Below are positions 30,594 through 40,577 of a stretch of 64,000 nucleotides of DNA, piece by piece. The stretch covers positions 32,001-96,000 of the forward strand of contig CAWIEK010000016.1 of NCBI GenBank assembly GCA_963835065.1, read 5' to 3'. The translations under genes and the position numbers were made by a program. Within the stretch, counting starts at the first letter, position 1; each line of letters starts with the position of its first letter. The notes below the pieces were generated by a model that searched no databases, had not been told where the DNA came from, and worked only from the letters and a program-made list of their open reading frames with translations. Origin of the DNA: an uncultured Chthonomonadaceae bacterium. Its GTDB lineage: Bacteria; Armatimonadota; Chthonomonadetes; Chthonomonadales; Chthonomonadaceae.

Positions 30594-32378
30594 ATGCGAG
30601 TCAGTTTCTTCGGAACGCGGGGTTCTATCGCCACGCCGGGCGTCGGCACGCTTCGCTATGGAGGGAACACCTCCTGCGTTGAAATTGTATCGAACGCCGG
30701 CACGCGCGTGGTTCTCGATGCCGGAACCGGGGCCGTCGCGCTTGGCCGCCGTATCTCCGGTGAGGGGAAGCCGGGGCGGGCGCATCTGCTGATCAGCCAC
30801 ACGCATTGGGATCATATCCAGGGCATCCCGTTCTTCTCGCCCCTGTTCGTTCCCGGCAACGAATGGGACATTTATGGCCCGCGCGGGCTGGGCCAGAGCC
30901 TCAGCCAGACGCTCGCCGGCCAGATGGAATACACCTATTTCCCGGTAGCGATGGACCTGATGGGCGCTGTCATCCGCTATCACGATCTCGTGGAGGGTAC
31001 GCTGTGCCTGGGCGACATTCTTGTCACCTCCCACTATCTCAACCACCCGGCGCTCACCCTGGGCTATCGCCTGGAAGTGGACGGAGCCGTCGTGGTCTAT
31101 GCCTGTGACCATGAACCCTATGCGCCTGGCCTGGCCTGCGGACAGGGCGACATCGTGGGCGCGGACCTCCGCCATGCCGAGTTTCTCGCAAACGCCGATC
31201 TGGTAATTCACGACGCGCAGTATCTCGCGTGTGAGTACGAGGGAAAGCACGGATGGGGGCATAGCACGGGGGCGTATGCTTTTGCGGTTTCGCGGTTCGC
31301 CGGCGTCAAGCGGCTTGCCCTGACCCACCACGACCCGACCCGTTTGGACGCGGAGATTGACAGCCTTGTGAGCGCCCTCAAAGCCGAGTTCGCCGGCAAG
31401 GGCGGGCCGGAAATATTTGCCGCAGCCGAGGGGCAGAGCCTCGAATTCAACGGTAAAGCCGGACACACTCCGCTTCCCATCACGTCCTGCGACATAGAGC
31501 CGGTTCTGAATGCCCTTGCCGACCGATCCGTGCTTTTGGCGCTGGCCGACGAGAAGCAGCGGGCGGCGTTGGCGGAAGTGGCGGCAGCCGATAACTTCAC
31601 GGTATTGACGGCAGCGCCATCGGACGCGGTAGCAATCGCGGCGAGTGAACACCCGGACGTAATCGTCATCAGCGAGGATTGCGACGATGCCTTCCCTATC
31701 TGCCGCGCCATTCGCGCCCTCCCCGATTACGGCGACGAGGTTCCGGTAGCCCTGGTAACGCGCAATGCCGCGCCGAATTCCGACCCGGCGCCCTTTACCG
31801 ACAGGCTGATCGCGCCCTATTCGCCCGCGTATGCCCGAACTCGCCTGCGCGCGTGGGCGATGCGCGTTACGTCGTGTTGGGAGCCAGCCCCGGTTCCCCA
31901 CGACGAGGACGAGCGGCTTGCGGCAACCCGGGCGCTCGGCCTGCTGGACACCCTGCCTGAAGAGCGGTTTGACCGTATTACCCGCCTCGCTTCAGCCCTC
32001 TTTGATGTTCCCGTTGCCCTGATTTCACTGATTGACGCCAACAGGCAATGGTTCAAATCCACATGCGGCATTGATACCCTGGAGACATCTCGAGACCTCG
32101 CCTTCTGCGCGCACGTCATCTACAATCGCGCGCCACTCATTGTACCGGACACCCTCGCGGACGCTCGTTTTGCGGACCATCCTCTCGTTCAAGGGCCACC
32201 GCGCATACGTTTCTACGCCGGATACCCTCTTACTCTCGTGAATGGCGCTTGCGTCGGCACCCTCTGTTTAATTGACACGCGCCCCCATGATCTGGATGAT
32301 AAACGCATGTCGCTGCTTGGCGACCTGGCGGTTTTGACCTTGCGCGAGTTCCAACGCGAGACAGACTCCATTGCTTAG
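30594..32378 (+). CDS. MBL-fold metallo-hydrolase fused to receiver-like and GAF domains
   Basis: GTRGSI...YGGNTSCV, HTHWDHIQG, THHDP; C-terminal EERFDRITRLA...FYAGYPL...GTLCLID. Confidence 0.9.
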   Translation: MRVSFFGTRGSIATPGVGTLRYGGNTSCVEIVSNAGTRVVLDAGTGAVALGRRISGEGKPGRAHLLISHTHWDHIQGIPFFSPLFVPGNEWDIYGPRGLGQSLSQTLAGQMEYTYFPVAMDLMGAVIRYHDLVEGTLCLGDILVTSHYLNHPALTLGYRLEVDGAVVVYACDHEPYAPGLACGQGDIVGADLRHAEFLANADLVIHDAQYLACEYEGKHGWGHSTGAYAFAVSRFAGVKRLALTHHDPTRLDAEIDSLVSALKAEFAGKGGPEIFAAAEGQSLEFNGKAGHTPLPITSCDIEPVLNALADRSVLLALADEKQRAALAEVAAADNFTVLTAAPSDAVAIAASEHPDVIVISEDCDDAFPICRAIRALPDYGDEVPVALVTRNAAPNSDPAPFTDRLIAPYSPAYARTRLRAWAMRVTSCWEPAPVPHDEDERLAATRALGLLDTLPEERFDRITRLASALFDVPVALISLIDANRQWFKSTCGIDTLETSRDLAFCAHVIYNRAPLIVPDTLADARFADHPLVQGPPRIRFYAGYPLTLVNGACVGTLCLIDTRPHDLDDKRMSLLGDLAVLTLREFQRETDSIA

Positions 32379-32390
32379 TTGCTTTATAAC

Positions 32391-32535
32391 TCTTCACCAC
32401 CAAGCCTCCAAGAACACCAAGAAGAACGAAAAGAAGAACGTTATAAAATTGCAGAAGAAATTGAAAGAGTACCGCGTTCTGATCCTTTCGTATTGCCTGC
32501 ATTACTTGGTGTTCTTGGCGTCTTGGTGGTGAAGA
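32391..32535. repeat. palindromic element with 9-bp CACCAAGAA-type arms
   Basis: tcttcaccaccaagcctccaagaacaccaag ... cttggtgttcttggcgtcttggtggtgaaga between convergent genes. Confidence 0.8.
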
Positions 32536-32536
32536 G

Positions 32537-33295
32537 CTACGTTGTTTTCTGCAGGATGCGCGCGAGAAATTCTCTTGTGCGGGCGTGGGTGGGAGTTACC
32601 AGCACCTGTTCGGGCGTTCCCTGCTCTACAATGACGCCTCCGTCTAAAAATAGAACGCGGTGCGCCACTTCGCGGCAAAAGCCCATTTCGTGCGTGGCGA
32701 CCAGCATCGTGCGGCCCTGTTTCGCCAGATCGCGCATGACCGTCAGCACTTCGCCCACCAGTTCGGGGTCAAGCGCGGATGTGGGTTCATCGAAAAGCAG
32801 GACGGCGGGCTTAAGCGCAAGGGCGCGGGCAATGGCGACGCGCTGCTGCTGCCCGCCCGACAGTTCGCCCGGAAAATTACGCGCTTTGGCCTGCAAATGT
32901 ACCTGTTCCAGCAGTTCCAGCGCTTCCTTTTCTGCAATGGCCGGGGATTGGTTCAGCACCTTGCACGGCGCGAGCATCACGTTTTGCAGCGCGGTCAGGT
33001 GCGGAAACAGGTTGAAGCGCTGAAACACCATGCCGATCTCGCGCCGTACCTGGTTGAGATTAGCGGGCGAAATGGCCGCGTTCCGCAATTTGACGCTCCC
33101 GGATGTGGGCGTTTCCAGCCAGTTGATGCAGCGCAGCAGGGTTGACTTGCCGCTTCCCGACGCCCCGATCAGCCCGACCACTTCCCCTTCCAGCACGTCC
33201 AGCGAAATGCCTTTCAGCACCTCCAGCCGCCCAAAACTCTTCCGCAAGTCCGTTGTTGTCAGTATAGGTTGTCCATCCTGTTCACGCAAATTCAC
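32537..33295 (-). CDS. polar amino acid ABC transporter ATP-binding protein
   Basis: [35 protein letters not shown]. Confidence 0.95.
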   Translation of the reverse strand: MNLREQDGQPILTTTDLRKSFGRLEVLKGISLDVLEGEVVGLIGASGSGKSTLLRCINWLETPTSGSVKLRNAAISPANLNQVRREIGMVFQRFNLFPHLTALQNVMLAPCKVLNQSPAIAEKEALELLEQVHLQAKARNFPGELSGGQQQRVAIARALALKPAVLLFDEPTSALDPELVGEVLTVMRDLAKQGRTMLVATHEMGFCREVAHRVLFLDGGVIVEQGTPEQVLVTPTHARTREFLARILQKTT

Positions 33296-33319
33296 TTCTC
33301 CATTTTCTATGTAAGGTTC

Positions 33320-33432
33320 TGTAGGGGGCGCTGCTTGCCGCGCCCCCGTTCGCGCAACGCCCAAAATGGCTGGTAGGGGCGCAATTTATTGCGCCCTCAT
33401 TCGCGCAGGGTTCTGCAAGCAGAACCCCTACA
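33320..33432. repeat. cluster of GTAGGGG REP-like hairpins
   Basis: gtagggggcg..cgccccc; gtaggggcgcaatttattgcgccc; gggttctgc..gcagaacccctac. Confidence 0.7.
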
Positions 33433-33448
33433 ACCTGATGCTTTCGTT

Positions 33449-35035
33449 TTACCTTGAAATTGGCTGCCATTGGCGTTCCAATCGGCGTACCAGAGCGGTT
33501 AGCGGCAGGGTCATCACCAGATAGCAGGCGGCTACGCCCAGATACAGGGTTGTGGCCGAACCCGTGTTGGCCGCGATTTCCTTGCCTGTCCGCATCAGTT
33601 CCACCACGCCGACGACGGATACCAGAGAGGAGTCTTTGAGCAGGGCGACGGCTTCATTGGTCAGGGGCGGCAGGACGCGGCGCAGGGTTTGCGGCAGAAT
33701 GATCCAGCGCATGGCGGCGGGATAATCCATGCCAAGCGCGCGGGCGGCTTCCATTTGTCCCGTATCTATACTTTCAATGCCCGCGCGGAAGATTTCGGAA
33801 ATGTACGCCGCAGCGTTCAAACTGAGCGCGACAACGCCCGACATCAGCGGGTTGAGCGACACATGCAGCGCGGGCAGCACAAAGTACAGAAAGTAAATCT
33901 GCATCAGCAGGGGCGTGCCGCGTACCAGTTCCACATAGGCAATGACCGCCGCGCGCAGGGGAACAAACGGCGACAGGCGCATCAGAGCCACGATCAGCCC
34001 GCCCGTCGCGCCGAACAGCAGCGTCAAAACCGTGATTTCCAGCGTGATTTCCGCCCCGCGCAGCAATTGCGGCCAGGCGTCGCGCAGCAGGTCCCAGCGA
34101 ATGGCTAAGGCAGAAGTTGAGGGTTGAGGGTTGAGGGTTGAGGGGTCTTGATTTTCAATTTTCGATTGCCGATTGCCGATTGCATCGGCCTTTTTTTGAA
34201 TGTCTGCGGGGATCGAGGAACCTTCGTTTTTTACTTTGTTGATGTTGGCGATTAGCGAAGTCGTTACGGGGTCGCCAATCCATTTTTCGTAGAGTTGGGT
34301 GTACGTGCCGTTTACCAGCAGCGTGTCTAAGGCGTGGTTGAGCTGCGCGGCCAGTTCCAGTTCGTTGCGGGCGGCGGCAATACCGAGATTTTCGGGCGGA
34401 AAGTCGGACGCGCCGGTCAATTCCAGGTCGGAGTAGCCGTTGGGCAGAATGTGTTTGAGGGCGGGCACATCGGCGACAGCCGCATCCGATTTGTGGTTCT
34501 TCACGTCCAGCAGGCCGTCTTGCAGCGTGTCGAACTTGCGGATTTGCGCGTCCGGCAGGCCGGCTTTTTGCAGCGCGGTCATGCCCGTCGTTTGATCCTG
34601 CACGGATACGATTTTGTCGCGCAGGTCGGCAAGTCCTTTAATGCGCGTATCATCGTGGCGTTTGGCGATCACCTGCCCGGACAAAAAATACGGGCGGGAA
34701 AACGTGTAGCCCTTCTGCTTGCGCTCTTCCGTTATGGTCATGCCGGACATAATCAGGTCGGCCTTGCGCGATTCCAGCGAACCCTGTACCGCCGTCCATT
34801 CCAGGGGCAGCCAGTTCACTTTCACGCCCAACGCCTTGCCAAGCGCGTCTCCCAATTCGATGTCGAAGCCGACAAGTTTGTCTTTTTCCTTGTACTCGAA
34901 GGGCGGGTACGTGGCGTCGGTGGCAATTGTAAGCGAACCCCGCTGCCGTATCTCCTGCCAGGCGTTCTGCGCCCGTCCCGGCAATGCCCAAATCAGAGTA
35001 AGACAGATTAGAGTCAACAACTGCCAGTGTTTCAC
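33449..35035 (-). CDS. amino acid ABC transporter substrate-binding protein/permease fusion
   Basis: DATYPPFEY...GFDIEL binding domain; RGTPLLMQ, AYISEIFRAGI, GQMEAARALG permease motifs; start approximate. Confidence 0.92.
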   Translation of the reverse strand: MKHWQLLTLICLTLIWALPGRAQNAWQEIRQRGSLTIATDATYPPFEYKEKDKLVGFDIELGDALGKALGVKVNWLPLEWTAVQGSLESRKADLIMSGMTITEERKQKGYTFSRPYFLSGQVIAKRHDDTRIKGLADLRDKIVSVQDQTTGMTALQKAGLPDAQIRKFDTLQDGLLDVKNHKSDAAVADVPALKHILPNGYSDLELTGASDFPPENLGIAAARNELELAAQLNHALDTLLVNGTYTQLYEKWIGDPVTTSLIANINKVKNEGSSIPADIQKKADAIGNRQSKIENQDPSTLNPQPSTSALAIRWDLLRDAWPQLLRGAEITLEITVLTLLFGATGGLIVALMRLSPFVPLRAAVIAYVELVRGTPLLMQIYFLYFVLPALHVSLNPLMSGVVALSLNAAAYISEIFRAGIESIDTGQMEAARALGMDYPAAMRWIILPQTLRRVLPPLTNEAVALLKDSSLVSVVGVVELMRTGKEIAANTGSATTLYLGVAACYLVMTLPLTALVRRLERQWQPISR

Positions 35036-35233
35036 ATACTTCCGATGGTGGATCAATCCTGCCCCCTCTTGAAAATGCCTCTTTTGTCCTGAAATAAAAA
35101 GTGCTGTATCACGCGAAAAAATGAACCCTTTGCTCCCCACAGCCGTCTAAACAGTAGAACAACGTCTGCTATACAAACAAGAAGGCTGAACGTTGCTAGT
35201 TCCTATCAACTATCAACTATCAACTATCAACTG

Positions 35234-35390
35234 AGAAGGGAGGTGCAAAGCCTATGTTTCACCCCTCCCGCTCGCCCTGACGCTGCTGAGGCCACGACGC
35301 CTCTCTCCTACAACTTGACACAACGAGACATCGGGCTGGAAGCGCTGCATTGCCAAGATTTCGACGATGACTCTACATATCCTTTTTTCT
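35234..35390 (+). other. conserved stand-alone element, copy 1 (UGA-containing small ORF or ncRNA)
   Basis: GAAGGGAGGT then ATG at 35254; in-frame TGA at 35278, 35287 and 35368; homologous to 10240-10392. Confidence 0.75.
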
Positions 35391-35428
35391 ACAGACCTTC
35401 ATCCTTCATCCTTTGCTTGCCCACGCGC

Positions 35429-37382
35429 TTACGGTTTTACGGTTCCGAAGAGGATGCGGGAGGGATAAGCGGCGGTGTGGTAGAGCCGGTTGGTCGCCGC
35501 GCGGTAATCGGATTCGCGGGCGGCGTAGATGTCGCAAAACGTCTGCGGGTTGCGGTCTACAAGCGGGAACCAACTGCTTTGCACCTGCACCATCAGGCGG
35601 TGTCCCTTTCTGAACGTATGGCACACGTCCGGCAGATTAAATTTCAGTTTCGTGGGTTTGTCCGGCGTGAACGGCTCCGGCTTTTCAAAACTGTTGCGGA
35701 ACTTGCCGCGCATCACGTCGGCGCGTACCAGCATTTGGTAGCCTCCCATCTTCACGGTTCCCGTTGCGGACTCGGTATCGGGCGCGTCGTCGGGGTACAC
35801 GTCTATGATTTTCACAACCCAATCGGAATCCGTGCCGGATGTGGACACAAACAGGTCGGCGGTAATCGGCCCGGCAACGGTCATGTCCTGCGCCATCGGC
35901 TCGGTTTTGTAGGTGAGAACATCGGCGCGTTCGGCGGCAAAACGCTGGTCGGCAATCATGTAATTGTTGTTGCGGCGGATGCTTTGCGACGCGGTAGCGA
36001 CATACGGCACGGGTTTGGCCGGGTCGCTGACATAGCTGTCGGCGCTTTCCGGCGTTACTGTCGCGGACGCGCCCGTTTGCAGCGCTGATGGTGGATTTGA
36101 TTGTGGATTTGATTGCAGATTTGCCGGCTTGTGAGGGTGAAGACGCAAGACGATGCTCCGCGCCGAAGTAAAGCGATTGCGCTTGCAGGGCGCGGGGCGG
36201 CCAGGCGTCGAAGGACAGCCATTGATTGGAACCGGTAGCGAACACGCGCGCTTTGGATTCCTTCCAGTCACCCTCATCTTTGAGATAATGGTTGAAGAAC
36301 GGAAACTCGATCTCGTTGCGGTAGGTGGCGGCGGTTGCGCTGCCAAATGGAATATCGCCGAACGAACTGCGATCCCCTCCCGCCCAGCCGCCGTGCGGCC
36401 AGGGACCGACAACAAGGTAGTTTGGAGTAGTGGGACTCGCTTTTTCAATGGTCTTGAAGATGTGCAGCGGGCCGTAAAAGTCTTCGGCGTCGAACCAGCC
36501 GCCCACAAGGAGCATGGCGGGCCGAACGTCTTTGAAATGCGGCAGCAGGTTCCGCGCTTTCCAATAAGCGTCATACGTGCCGTGCTGCATCATCTCGTTC
36601 CAAAACGGAACCTGATTGTGAAAATAGCGGGCGTTGGCGTTGGAAAGCGGGCCGAGGTCGAGATAGAATTGGTACGAATCGTTGGAGTCGTAGCGCAGGC
36701 CGGTGGGCAATTGGACGCGGGAAGGGCCGGTACGGGGCCAGTCGAAGCGCGAGTTGAAGTCCCACGCGAAGTTATCCAGCAGATAGAACGCGCCGTTGTG
36801 GTGTTCATCGTCGCCCAAAAACCAGTCGGCGATGGGAGCCTGCGGCGAAACGGCTTTCAGGGCGGGATGGGCATTGATGGCTCCGGCTGCGGCATAAAAG
36901 CCCGGATAGGAGATGCCCCACATCCCCACCCGCCCGTTGTTGTGCGGGACGTTGCGAACCAGCCAGTCTATCGTGTCGTAGGTATCGGTGCTTTCGTCAA
37001 TGTCCGCTTTGCCGTGTTTGCCCGTAAGCTGCGGGCGCACATTGACATAATCGCCTTCCGACATATACCTGCCGCGCACGTCCTGATACGCGACAATATA
37101 GCCGTTTTCCGCGAAATGGGACGAGGGGCCGAGCGAGTTAGGAAACGCATCAGGGCCGTAGGGAACGCTGTAGGGGGTGCGCTCCAGCAGCATGGGATGG
37201 TTCTGCGACGTATCTTTAGGCGCGAAAATGACGGTATACAGCTTCGTGCCGTCCCGCATGGCGATGGCAACATCGGTTTTCGTATAATTAGCGCGAACGT
37301 CAAACCGCCCCTGCGCCCCGGCCAGACATGGCAGCAGGCAAAGCAGCAAAATACAAATCAACTTCCAATGGCGCTTGTTCAA
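35429..37382 (-). CDS. CocE/NonD-family hydrolase, frameshifted near 36.1 kb
   Basis: MRDGTKL, RTPYS, QDVRGRYMSEG, WGISYPG, VGPWPHG; C-terminal QSSWFPLVDRNPQ in the second ORF. Confidence 0.92.
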
Positions 37383-37400
37383 CGCTTCGTCCTTTCAAAA

Positions 37401-38844
37401 TCAAGCGAGACAGGTTTGCAGCAGTTGCCATGCGCGCGCAATGTGGCGCTCCTGCGTGTGCATATTGCCGATGGCGAGGCGCAGGGTATAGCGCCCGTTC
37501 AGTTTGGTATGGGAAATGAAAATCTCTCCCGTTGCGTTGACGGCTTCCATCAGGCGGGCGTTCAGGGTTTCCAATTCGGTTTCGCTATCTATATGTGAGG
37601 GATGGGCGCGAAAGCATACGGCGCTGAGGGGCGCGGGAGCCATGCGCTCGAAATCGGGAGAAGCGTCTACCCAACCGGCGAATACTTGCGCCAGCCGTAT
37701 GTGTTCAGCCGATCATTTCGGCCATGCGCTCGCGCCCGAACGAACGGAAAATCATCCACAGTTTCAGGGCGCGGAACCGCCTGCCAAGCTGTACGCCATA
37801 GTCCATAAAGTTCGTGGCGTCGCTGTCGGTCATCAGGTAATCGGGAACCAGACTGAACGCGCGGCGCAGGGCGTTCATATCGCGGGCAAACAAAACGGAG
37901 CAATCCATCGGCGTAAAAAGCCACTTGTGCGGATTGATCACCAGGCTGTCGGCGCGTTCGCACCCGGCAAGCACATATCGGTATTCGGGTACAAGGGCCG
38001 CCGCGCCGCCATACGCCGCGTCTACGTGCAGCCACAGATTTTGTTCTTCGCACACATCGGCAATAGCGGGAACCGGGTCAATAGCCGTTGTGGACGTGGT
38101 TCCCGCCGTCGCCACCACGCAGAACGGCAGCCAGCCCGCGCTCCGGTCATGGGCAAGGGCGGTACGCAGGGCGCCTATATCCATTTGAAACGCCGCGTCC
38201 GTCGGTATTTTTCTGACGCCATGCTGCCCGATACCGAGTGTCATAGCCGCGCGCTCAATGGACGAATGGGCCTGTTCGGAGCAGTACAGGCGCAGGCGCG
38301 GCACGTTGGGCCTGCCGCTCATGCCTTCCTGCCGGATGTGGAGGTTGGGAATGGCTTCGCGGGCGGCGCAAATGGCAAGCAGGCTGGAAATGGAAGCCGT
38401 GTCGGTAATCAGGCCGCGCAGTCCCGTTGGCAAACCAAGCATTTGCGCCAGCCAGCCAAGTACGACTTCTTCCAGTTCCGTCGCAGCCGGGGACGTGCGC
38501 CACAGCATCGCGTTCTGGTTGAGGGCGGCGCACAGCATTTCAGCGACGACGCCGGGCGCGGGGCTGCTGTTGGCGAAATAGGCCATAAAACCGGGATGGT
38601 TCCAGTGCGTCATACCGGGCAATAGAATACGCTCGAAGTCGTTGAGAATGGCGTCCATGCTTTCGGGCGCATCGGGCGGCGAAACCGGCAATTGCGCTTT
38701 GATATCGCCCGGTTTCACCTGCGCCAGTACAGGGTACGCTTCCGGGTCACGCAGATAGCCGCTTATCCACGCCAACGCCCACCGCCCCGCGCCCTCAAAT
38801 TCGTCCACCTGTTGTTTGACTGCACTTGCTTCGTACTCCGACAT
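37401..38844 (-). CDS. PLP-dependent group II (aromatic amino acid-type) decarboxylase, frameshifted near 37.71 kb
   Basis: THWNHPGFMAYF, TSPAATELE, WLHVDAAYGG, NPHKW, GRRFRALKLW. Confidence 0.92.
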
Positions 38845-39065
38845 GCCGCTTCTTCCCGCCTCTTTTTATAGGTGAATTCTTGTATGTGTCTATTCGTTAT
38901 GGAAGCGGCAAGAATCCTGCTTGAATGTAGGCAGAGGAGGGATTGCCAGGGATCGAAAATCCGTGACTTGAAATTGATAGAGCTTGATCGGATGTCGATT
39001 CTCTCTCCTTCCGCCCGAAGTACACGCAGGGCGAAATGGTGTTCCTGCGCGTCAGTTTTGGCTCC

Positions 39066-39386
39066 TTATTCACTTACTCGCCTCTCATATCCTGCGTGAA
39101 TAGTTGACAAGTCGTCCTCTGGATAATCGTAAGTCCCGGCACCCACATGGTCCACAGCGAAAGTTAGTGAACTGGTGCTATAACCTACTCGATTACACCA
39201 GAAGGTCACACTTCCCCAATAAGAAGTTGAGTTTGTGAGAGTTACGGTGATCTCTTCTGTGATGATCCCGTTAATGTTTTGCATGCTGAGCGTTGCTGTG
39301 GCGGCATGACATCTCGGATTAAGCATTGTCAGCCCAGCCAACAGCAGCAATCCGATGAATGCATTTGCTCTTGACTTCTTTGTCAT
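39066..39386 (-). CDS. hypothetical exported protein, possibly truncated
   Basis: AAGGAGG RBS; signal peptide; lower-GC surroundings. Confidence 0.55.
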   Translation of the reverse strand: MTKKSRANAFIGLLLLAGLTMLNPRCHAATATLSMQNINGIITEEITVTLTNSTSYWGSVTFWCNRVGYSTSSLTFAVDHVGAGTYDYPEDDLSTIHAGYERRVSE

Positions 39387-39529
39387 CGTTTCTGCCTCCT
39401 TACCGTTGAGAATATGCACGTGCATGATTGAATTGAACAGATGTGGAATCAATATAACACAAAAAGGGGGGTAACAGCGAGACATTTGTATCATTTTCAA
39501 AATTATTCCGCTTATCCCCTTTATCATCT

Positions 39530-39604
39530 TTACAGACCTACTTCAGCGGCGGCATTTTCGCGGAACAGAGAGCCTTTGCGAATGTAGCGGCGTACCGTAT
39601 TGAC
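39530..39604 (-). pseudogene. isolated 3' remnant of a tyrosine recombinase gene
   Basis: Translates VNTVRRYIRKGSLFRENAAAEVGL*, against VNMVRRYIREGSLFRENAASEVGL* at the end of 44925-45914. Confidence 0.85.
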
Positions 39605-39748
39605 GTCACATTAAACAAAGCGCCTGTGCATATTCTGCGGCAGTCAAAGAAAAATACCGGTTCTCAAAGCATTTGTACTGCTTTTGAGAACCGGTGTTTT
39701 GAAATAGAGGCTTGTGGTGATGCGCAACGAATGGGATCACGAGGAGCG

Positions 39749-40441
39749 TTACGACAGCGCGAAATCGGCCAGCGCGCGGGCATGGAGCGTTGTGGTGTCC
39801 ACCAGCGGCAGGACGGAATGTTCCTGATCCAGCAGCAGCATCAGTTCTGTGCAGCCTAAAATGATGGCGTCCACGCCGCGCTCCGCCTGCTCCGCAATGA
39901 GGGTTCTCAGCGCCTGCCGCGATGTGGGACAAACGACGCCCTGACACAGTTCTTCAAAAATAATGGCGTGAACGGCTTGCCGCGCCGGTTCGTTGGGAAT
40001 GACGACCTCAATCCCCCACTCCTGCTGCAAGGGGCCGCGAAAAAACGCTTGTTCCATTGTATAGCGCGTACCAAGCAGGCATGCTTTGCGCGCGTTATGC
40101 GCTTGCAGGGCGCTTCCGGTCACGGCGCGAATGTCAATGAGAGGAACATCAAGGCCCGCCTGTATCTCTGCGGCAACCTTGTGCATGGTGTTGGAGCAGA
40201 TCGCCACGCAGTCGGCTCCCGCTCGCTCCAAAGCCTGCGCCGCCTGCGTCAATCGGTCGGCAAGCGCGTCCCAGGCATCCTGCCGCTGCAATTCGGCAAT
40301 GGCGGCAAAATCACACGAATGGAGTATGATTTGAGCCGAGTGCAGGCCGCCCAACCGCTCCCTCACGGCGCGGTTGATCTGCTGGTAGTAGATAATCGAA
40401 CTTTCCCAGCTCATGCCGCCAATCAATCCAAGCGTTCTCAT
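39749..40441 (-). CDS. aspartate/glutamate racemase family protein
   Basis: GLIGGMSWES, CSNTMH, ILGCTE. Confidence 0.95.
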   Translation of the reverse strand: MRTLGLIGGMSWESSIIYYQQINRAVRERLGGLHSAQIILHSCDFAAIAELQRQDAWDALADRLTQAAQALERAGADCVAICSNTMHKVAAEIQAGLDVPLIDIRAVTGSALQAHNARKACLLGTRYTMEQAFFRGPLQQEWGIEVVIPNEPARQAVHAIIFEELCQGVVCPTSRQALRTLIAEQAERGVDAIILGCTELMLLLDQEHSVLPLVDTTTLHARALADFALS

Positions 40442-40459
40442 GCGCGTTTCCTTTTAGAT

Positions 40460-40576
40460 ATTAGGCATTAGGCATGTAGGCATTAGGCATCAGAAAAGAC
40501 ACAAAGCCAGGAAGTTCGTTCTTGCTTGTCCTTGCATCTAATGCCTAATGCCTACATGCCTAATGCCTACATGCCT
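40460..40576. repeat. heptamer inverted-repeat element (AGGCATT / AATGCCT)
   Basis: ttaggcattaggcatgtaggcattaggcat ... taatgcctaatgcctacatgcctaatgcct. Confidence 0.85.
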
Positions 40577-40577
40577 C

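Noticed and set aside
35254..35380. Hammerhead ribozyme, tmRNA, 6S or SRP identity for the duplicated element
   Set aside because: No CUGANGA...GAAA core, no tRNA-like ends, no SRP loop motif; only a short TTCGACG resemblance to tmRNA; needs an Rfam scan
35243..36088. 281-aa plus-strand ORF, and the 150-aa ORF 10079-10531, as the product of the duplicated element
   Set aside because: Differences between the copies are amino-acid replacing in this frame, the starts are not shared, and most of the long ORF is antisense to the CocE gene
36153..37598. Long antisense ORFs (also 4317-5327, 20324-21538, 30567-31901, 56030-57559)
   Set aside because: Shadows of well-supported genes on the opposite strand in GC-rich DNA, with no recognisable motifs
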